Positions 58,103-64,000 of a DNA stretch of 64,000 bases are shown in pieces. Made by a program: the position numbers and the translations under genes. A model generated the notes under the pieces. The model was not told where the DNA came from, made no database searches, and saw nothing but the letters and a program-made list of their open reading frames with translations. Each line of letters opens with the position of its first letter. Position 1 is the first letter of the stretch. Source of the DNA: an uncultured delta proteobacterium (GTDB taxonomy: Bacteria; Myxococcota_A; Polyangia; Fen-1088); the NCBI GenBank assembly GCA_963796685.1, contig CAWCMR010000006.1, positions 192,001 through 256,000 of the forward strand, read 5' to 3'.

Positions 58103-60468
58103 GCACACACGAGAGCAAGGCCTCAGGGGCCGCCGAGTCTTCGCGTTCGAAGAACGGCGACGGCTCGGCTCGCGAGCGCAAGCGGCACCGGTGGCTCGGG
58201 CGTATCGAGGGGGCGCCCATGCTGCGCCACCTGTCGCTGTGGCAGAAGCTTCTCATCATCGTGATCATTCTTCTTCTCCCCACGGCCCTGCTGCTGCGGG
58301 ATTTCGTCAGCAAGAGCAGCGACGAGCTCGTCCGCATGCGCCGGGAATTGTGCGTGGAGGGATACGCACAACACATCCGGCGCATCCTTGGTCAGCAGAT
58401 TGCCATGAATGCGCGCGCGCTCTCGTCCGGCCCGGAGGAATTTCAGGCGGGCTCGAAGAACGCCATGAGCTCGGCCATCGAGGCCCTGGGCGCCTTGAAT
58501 ACCTCGGGGTGCGGCGTCGAAGCCGACATGGCCAGGGTGCGCATGCCCGAGACGCTGGCCGACCTGCGTGTCCTGTCCGCGCAAGTCGGTGGAACCACGG
58601 TCGCCAGGGAGGAGGTGCACCGTCGCCTGCGCGAGGCGGTAGACACCTGGTTCAGTCAGATCGCCCTGGTGGCGAACGAGACCCAGATCTTGGATCCCAT
58701 CGCCGTGCACGTCGTGGATGCGACGCTGCGGCGGACACCCGAAGCCGCCAGGCACATCGAACGCATGGTCGAGCTGTCGGCCGAATGGTTGCGCAGCGAC
58801 AGCGTCTCGATCGCGGTGCGGGCCGAGCTCATCAGCACCGTGGATGGGTTCGCCGCCGATCTGGCCGACATCGAACGCGATCTGCTGGCGGCGGTGCGCG
58901 GAAGCGGCTCCTCGGCCACGGGACAGTCCGTGGCCAGCGTGGGCATCCCCTTGCAGGAGTGCCTCTCGGCCGGGCGCAAGACCATCGCCGTCGCCCGTCA
59001 GTTGGTGGAAGAAGCGGGAGGCGCCAAGGATTCCACGCGCGCCGCGACGGTGTCGTCCCTGCGCGGTCTGGCGGCCTCGGCGCTCGATTCGTTGCTGGCA
59101 ACGTTCGATACGACCCTCGGCGCTCGCCGGGCCGAGCTGCTGGAGAAGAAGACGGCCAAGGAGGAGCAGGGCAAGTGGACCATCGCCCTCGTGCTGGTGG
59201 CGGTGCTGGCGGCCGCGGGACTGGTTTCGGTCATCGTCCGCAGCATCACCGCGCCCATCAAGCTGGCGGTCGAGTCGGCCAACAGCCTGGCCGAGCAGAA
59301 CTTCGCCATCGAGATAGGGGAGACCCGCTCGACCGACGAGGTTGGTCAGTTGCTGGTGTCCATGCGCAAAATGGCGGCCAACCTGCGCGCCACCATCGGC
59401 TCCATCTTGAATGCTTCGCGCATTGTCGCCAGTGCCTCGGAGAAGATCTCGGTCTCGGGCGCTCAGCTTGGCCGGGGAACGGAGACGCAATCCACGGCCA
59501 CCGCCGCGACCTCGGCCAGCATGGGGCGCATCGCCGAACAGATCCAGCAGCTCTCGCAAACCGCGACGTCGCTTTCCGCCAGCGTGGAAGAAACCACCAC
59601 GGCCTTTCAGCGCATGTACGAGACCCTGGAACGGACTGCGCTGCATGGCCAGACCCTGCTCGCCTCGTCTCAGGAAGCCACCATGCACCTGGCGGGCTTG
59701 ACCAGCAACATCACCCAGGTCACCGCGCAGGCGCGCACGGCCAACGAGATGTCCAAGGCCACGTTGGGTTCGGTCAAGTCGGGCAGCGAGGCGCTGCAGC
59801 GCTCCATCGGGGCCATCGGCGATCGGGCGCAGGAGATCCGCAAGATTCTTCGCCTCATCGAGGAGATCGCCGACCAGACCAACCTCTTGGCCCTCAACGC
59901 GGCCATCGAGGCGGCGCGGGCGGGCGAGGCGGGACGTGGTTTCGCCGTGGTGGCCGACGAGGTGAAGCGCCTGGCCGAGCGCAGCGCCCAATCCACGCGC
60001 GACATCAGCACCATCATCGAAGGCGTGCAGAAGGACGTAGGCACGGCCGTGACTTTGACCGATGATGTGCTGGTGGGAATGATGGCGTCCATCGACAAGA
60101 CCTCCACCATCATCGCGGCCAGCGCCCTGGCCACGGAAAGTCAGAGTGAAGCTGCGCGGCAAACGCTGAAGGTCGCGGAAAACATGTCCGGTCTGGCACA
60201 GCAGATTGCCATGGCCGCGCGCGAAAATGCGGGCAGCGCGGCGGAGATTGTGACGGCCTCCAGGCGCATGAGCGCTCTTACGAGCTCGATGCTCGATGCG
60301 ACCATGGAACAGAAGCGAGGCGGGGAAACCGTCGTCAAGTCGACCGAATCGATCTCGGAAGTGGCGCGGCAGAATCTTCAGGTGGTCGAGCAGCTCAATC
60401 TGGCGGCCAGGGAGCTCTCGGCTGAAGCCGAGTCGCTGCGCCAGCGCATGGAGGACTTCACGGTCTGA
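58099..60468 (+). CDS. Methyl-accepting chemotaxis protein (2 TM, HAMP)
   Basis: [33 protein letters not shown] hairpin tip. Confidence 0.95.
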   Translation: MSTHESKASGAAESSRSKNGDGSARERKRHRWLGRIEGAPMLRHLSLWQKLLIIVIILLLPTALLLRDFVSKSSDELVRMRRELCVEGYAQHIRRILGQQIAMNARALSSGPEEFQAGSKNAMSSAIEALGALNTSGCGVEADMARVRMPETLADLRVLSAQVGGTTVAREEVHRRLREAVDTWFSQIALVANETQILDPIAVHVVDATLRRTPEAARHIERMVELSAEWLRSDSVSIAVRAELISTVDGFAADLADIERDLLAAVRGSGSSATGQSVASVGIPLQECLSAGRKTIAVARQLVEEAGGAKDSTRAATVSSLRGLAASALDSLLATFDTTLGARRAELLEKKTAKEEQGKWTIALVLVAVLAAAGLVSVIVRSITAPIKLAVESANSLAEQNFAIEIGETRSTDEVGQLLVSMRKMAANLRATIGSILNASRIVASASEKISVSGAQLGRGTETQSTATAATSASMGRIAEQIQQLSQTATSLSASVEETTTAFQRMYETLERTALHGQTLLASSQEATMHLAGLTSNITQVTAQARTANEMSKATLGSVKSGSEALQRSIGAIGDRAQEIRKILRLIEEIADQTNLLALNAAIEAARAGEAGRGFAVVADEVKRLAERSAQSTRDISTIIEGVQKDVGTAVTLTDDVLVGMMASIDKTSTIIAASALATESQSEAARQTLKVAENMSGLAQQIAMAARENAGSAAEIVTASRRMSALTSSMLDATMEQKRGGETVVKSTESISEVARQNLQVVEQLNLAARELSAEAESLRQRMEDFTV

Positions 60469-62405
60469 TGGAACCCTTTGGACCGGCAGCATCCCTCGAC
60501 GAAGCCCTGCTGGCGGCGCTGGGCGACGGCAATGCCTCGTCCTCCGATGTGCCCCTGTCGGAAGGCGCCGGCCGCCTCGGTGAAGCGCAAGTGCCACGGG
60601 GCAAGGGCGAGGACGCCGCCCGGCGTGTGGCCGTGCTCGATGCCCTGGCTCGTGGTGGTAGCCGGAGCATCTCGGCGCTGGTCAGTGCCTTGCGCAGCAA
60701 CGACGACGACGTGGCGATGTACGCGGCCACCGCGCTCGGCGAGGCACGCGATCCGGCGGCCGTGCCACACTTGATTCGTCTGCTCCAGCATCCCGATCTC
60801 AACGTGGCCCAAGCCGCCATCGATGCCCTGGGGAAGTTGCGCGCGCAATCTGCCGCCGCCCCCATCGAGGCCATGCTCGAAGCCGATCCCTGGTTGCGTT
60901 TCGCGGCGGCGCACGCGCTCGGCGAGATCGGCCACCCGGGCAGCGTGCACGCGCTCATGCGCGCGGCGGGTGATTCGGCGATCTCGGAGCTCGCGGTGGA
61001 GGCGTTGGGAAAAATCGCCACGGTTCCCGCCGTGGCCGTGTTGGCCGATTTGCTCATGGGCCGGGCCGATGGCGAGGGCTTCGACGGCTGCTTGCTGGCT
61101 CTCGGAACCGCGCTTGGGCGCATGATCGACGGCACGGGCCTCGACGGCAGCCGCGCCTGGCGGCGGCTTGTCTCGCCCGAGGGGAACGCCGTTCACGCCC
61201 GTCTGGCGGCCCTCCTGGTTTGTCGCGAGGTGGAGCCCGAGGGTGCGGTCGACCAGCACTTCCTCAAGGAGGCCGCCATCGCGGTCATTCGCGCGCTGGC
61301 GATTCCCGCCCTCTTCCCCGCGCTCGTCGAGGGCGCCTGGGACGTCGCCATGGGCGAGCCCCTGCTCGATGCCGTGCTCTTCGCGGGGCCGACCACGCAC
61401 GCCAGCGTGCTCGCGGGTCTGGGGCATGCCGACGCGGATGTGCGTGTCTTCAGTTGCACGGCCGCGGCTGCCCTCGGCATCGAGGAGGCGACCGTTGCGT
61501 GCACAGGGCTGCTCGCCAGCGAGGAGGTTCGTGTGCGCGTGGCCGCCTTGCGCGCCCTGGCCGGGCTCGCCGCGGAGGCGGCGGTGCCGGCCATGCTGGG
61601 GTGCCTTGCCGACCCCGCGGAGCAGGTGCGTGCGGCCGCGGTGCGATCCCTAGGAACCATGGACGCGACACTGGTCACCGCCGTGCTCCTCGCGGATCGG
61701 GACGTGTCCACCGCCCAGGCGTCGCTCGTTCTCGAGGTCATGCGCATCGCGCCCTGCGCGGACCAGCGGGGATTCGTCCTGGCCGCTCTCGCAGACGGAC
61801 GCGAGGAGGTGCGGAAGGCGGCGGTCGGCGTCCTGGCAGCGAACGAGCACGCCGAGAGCGTCGAAATGCTGGAGCCGCTGCTCCAAGATCGATCGCCGGC
61901 CGTTCGTGCCGAGGTGGTGCTAGCGCTCGGGCGGCGCCGCTCTCGACGAGCCCTGCGCTTGTTGCTCGACCAGTTCGCACGCGATGCCAGAAGCCGCGAG
62001 CCGATCCTGCGGGCCCTGGGGCGGATCGGGGACGGGTGGGCGGCCCGCCGATTGATGCTGCTGTTCTGCGAACAGGAGCCGCCCGTCCGGTTGGCCATCA
62101 TCGACGCCTTGGGCGCCATCGCCGCGCCCGCCTCGGAGCCCTTCCTTTCACGGCTTTTTGGCGATCCCCAGCCCGAGGTCCGCAGCCGCGCGGTGGTGGC
62201 CATCGGCCAATACACCAGCGATGGTGCGGTGACCCGACTGGTTCACGCGACCCGTGATGCGGATGCGCGCGTGCGGCTGGCCGCTCTGGAATCGCTCTCG
62301 GCGTTCGCGGGCCGTCCGGCCGCCGTCGAATCCTTCGAGCGCCTGTGCTTGGATCCCGTTCCGGCCATCGCGGCGCTTGCCCGCCGCTGCCTGCGCAAGA
62401 GCTGA
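60468..62405 (+). CDS. HEAT-repeat protein
   Basis: Many L.D....VR..A..ALG repeats; TGATG overlap with the MCP gene. Confidence 0.9.
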   Translation: MEPFGPAASLDEALLAALGDGNASSSDVPLSEGAGRLGEAQVPRGKGEDAARRVAVLDALARGGSRSISALVSALRSNDDDVAMYAATALGEARDPAAVPHLIRLLQHPDLNVAQAAIDALGKLRAQSAAAPIEAMLEADPWLRFAAAHALGEIGHPGSVHALMRAAGDSAISELAVEALGKIATVPAVAVLADLLMGRADGEGFDGCLLALGTALGRMIDGTGLDGSRAWRRLVSPEGNAVHARLAALLVCREVEPEGAVDQHFLKEAAIAVIRALAIPALFPALVEGAWDVAMGEPLLDAVLFAGPTTHASVLAGLGHADADVRVFSCTAAAALGIEEATVACTGLLASEEVRVRVAALRALAGLAAEAAVPAMLGCLADPAEQVRAAAVRSLGTMDATLVTAVLLADRDVSTAQASLVLEVMRIAPCADQRGFVLAALADGREEVRKAAVGVLAANEHAESVEMLEPLLQDRSPAVRAEVVLALGRRRSRRALRLLLDQFARDARSREPILRALGRIGDGWAARRLMLLFCEQEPPVRLAIIDALGAIAAPASEPFLSRLFGDPQPEVRSRAVVAIGQYTSDGAVTRLVHATRDADARVRLAALESLSAFAGRPAAVESFERLCLDPVPAIAALARRCLRKS

Positions 62406-62509
62406 CCGCTTCGCCACGCGCGGAAGGGGCCAACACCCTCCCTCGGGTCAAGCTCGGTGCGAAACGTCCGCGGAGTTTGGACATCAGATAGAGCAGATAC
62501 AAGGCGACC

Positions 62510-63835
62510 ATGGGGGAACGCAAAAACAGAGGCTTGGCCGGGATGTCCATCGTTCTGTGCGTGGCCGTCTTCTGCGCGAGCTCCGCGATGGCACGCGCGG
62601 AGCCGATGCCCCACGAGATGAGCCTCGACCAGGCCCTGGCCTTGGGTCGCAAGGCCAACCGAAGCCTTGTCACCGAGCGTGCCCGCCTGGCCCAAGCCCA
62701 GGCCAATCTGGATCTCGCCTGGACAACTCTGTTCCCCACGGTGGCGGCACAGGGCAAGTACACCCGGAACAACATCGCGTTCAGTTTCCAGGTTGCGCCT
62801 GGCGAGACCCTGACCATCCAACCCAAGAACCAGCTCGACGGCGTCGTCAGCTTCACGATGCCGCTTCTCGTGCCTGCCGCGTATGTGGGCTTGGAGGCCG
62901 TGCAAGGCACCGTTCGCGCGGCCGAGGCCCAGTTCGAAACCTCGGAGGCCACCGTGCTCTTCGCTGTGGCACAGGCGTTCTATGCAGCGGCCATCGCGGA
63001 CGAGGTCGTGTCGGTGCGACAGTCGAACATCGAGGTTGCGCGCGCCACGCTCGACAATGCCCACACCCGGTTCGAGAACGGCAGCGTGACCAAGGTGGAT
63101 GAGGATCGGGCACAGCTGGCCGTGGTGCGGGCAGAGCAGGCCGCGCTCGAAGCCCGTTTCGCGCAAGAGCAAGCGTACCGTGCCTTGGCGACGTTGATTC
63201 AGTACGATCGAAAGTTCAAGGTTCGGCCGGCCGCGGCTCCGGAGGCGAGCGAGGAAACCGGAAGTCTCGAATCCGCGCTGCATTTGCGTCCGGAGTTCCG
63301 GGCCCTCGAGCTCACCGCCAAGTCCGCCGAGCTGCAGCGGCGCGCCTATGCCTGGCGCTGGGCGCCCTCGTTGTCTGGCTTCGGCAACCTGCGCACCTTC
63401 AATTACGACAATTTCGCGCAAGAGCGCTATTCATGGGCCATCGGCCTCCAGCTCGATTGGGTGCTCTACGACGGTGGGGTGCGAGATGCGCAGCGCCATA
63501 TGGCCAACGCCCAGGCCGAGGAGGCGGCCGCGCAGGCTGCGGTCTTGCGCGATGCCATTCGCGACGACATGGCCAACGGCCAAGGCCTTCTCGAGACGAA
63601 ACGCCAGGCCCAAAGGGCGGCCGAGCGCTCGGTCGCGTTGGCCATGGAGACGCTCGACCTCGTGCGAACCCAGTACGAAGCGGGGCAATCGGCGCAGATC
63701 GACCTGCTTCAGGCGCAAGACGGCCTTGTCGCCGCCAGGGAGGCCCTGGCGCAAGCCCATTTCGAGGTGGCAGTGGCGGATCTCACGCTTCGTCGGGCAG
63801 CCGGCACGTTTCCTGGACCCGGGATCGGACAATGA
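62510..63835 (+). CDS. TolC-family outer-membrane efflux protein
   Basis: Signal peptide, SLDQALALG, VAQAFY, RPE, QYEAG...DLLQAQ. Confidence 0.9.
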   Translation: MGERKNRGLAGMSIVLCVAVFCASSAMARAEPMPHEMSLDQALALGRKANRSLVTERARLAQAQANLDLAWTTLFPTVAAQGKYTRNNIAFSFQVAPGETLTIQPKNQLDGVVSFTMPLLVPAAYVGLEAVQGTVRAAEAQFETSEATVLFAVAQAFYAAAIADEVVSVRQSNIEVARATLDNAHTRFENGSVTKVDEDRAQLAVVRAEQAALEARFAQEQAYRALATLIQYDRKFKVRPAAAPEASEETGSLESALHLRPEFRALELTAKSAELQRRAYAWRWAPSLSGFGNLRTFNYDNFAQERYSWAIGLQLDWVLYDGGVRDAQRHMANAQAEEAAAQAAVLRDAIRDDMANGQGLLETKRQAQRAAERSVALAMETLDLVRTQYEAGQSAQIDLLQAQDGLVAAREALAQAHFEVAVADLTLRRAAGTFPGPGIGQ

Positions 63836-64000
63836 GGGGGGGCTGGTCACTGCCCATGCATGCGATCGGCGTGCTTACGGGTTGCGGCGTGGCAATGGCC
63901 GTTCGAGGAACGTGGCCCATCGTGGTGGGGTCCGGGCTGTCTATCATGGCATGGGGATGGGGCGCGGGCAACGTCGGGCGGTGGACGCCGAGCGGCCGAT

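Overview
GC-rich bacterial DNA, most consistent with a Myxococcota/Polyangia-like deltaproteobacterium (CglF/GltF homolog, sigma54 systems, myxobacterial-type che cluster). Layout: (1) 0.1-6.9 kb: HAMP histidine kinase, NtrC-type activator, three paralogous single-domain receivers and an orphan cglF-like gene, with several sigma54 -24/-12 motifs and a shared candidate enhancer palindrome. (2) 7.2-14.0 kb: Ig-repeat metallophosphoesterase lipoprotein, TPR membrane protein, 70-aa 'GYNPNSSS' membrane peptide, radical SAM/SPASM enzyme and HupE/UreJ protein; this is the best candidate for an undescribed system. (3) 14-31 kb: accessory/defence-like patchwork of TA modules, a STAND NTPase, an HNH protein, and a DUF222-HNH gene with a LexA-like box that is split by a group II intron and carries an in-frame REP-like insertion, plus a TonB receptor. 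(4) 31.25-47.55 kb: 16-kb satellite-like element integrated in tRNA-Ala(GGC) (44-bp att repeat, tyrosine integrase, primase/ATPase, iteron origin, serine recombinase), itself hit by an IS21 with a 7-bp target duplication. (5) 47.8-64 kb: ilvC, SUV3-like helicase, FAD oxidoreductase, a chemosensory cluster with no cheR/cheB in the window, and TolC. All family assignments come from motif recognition by eye; no database searches were run.
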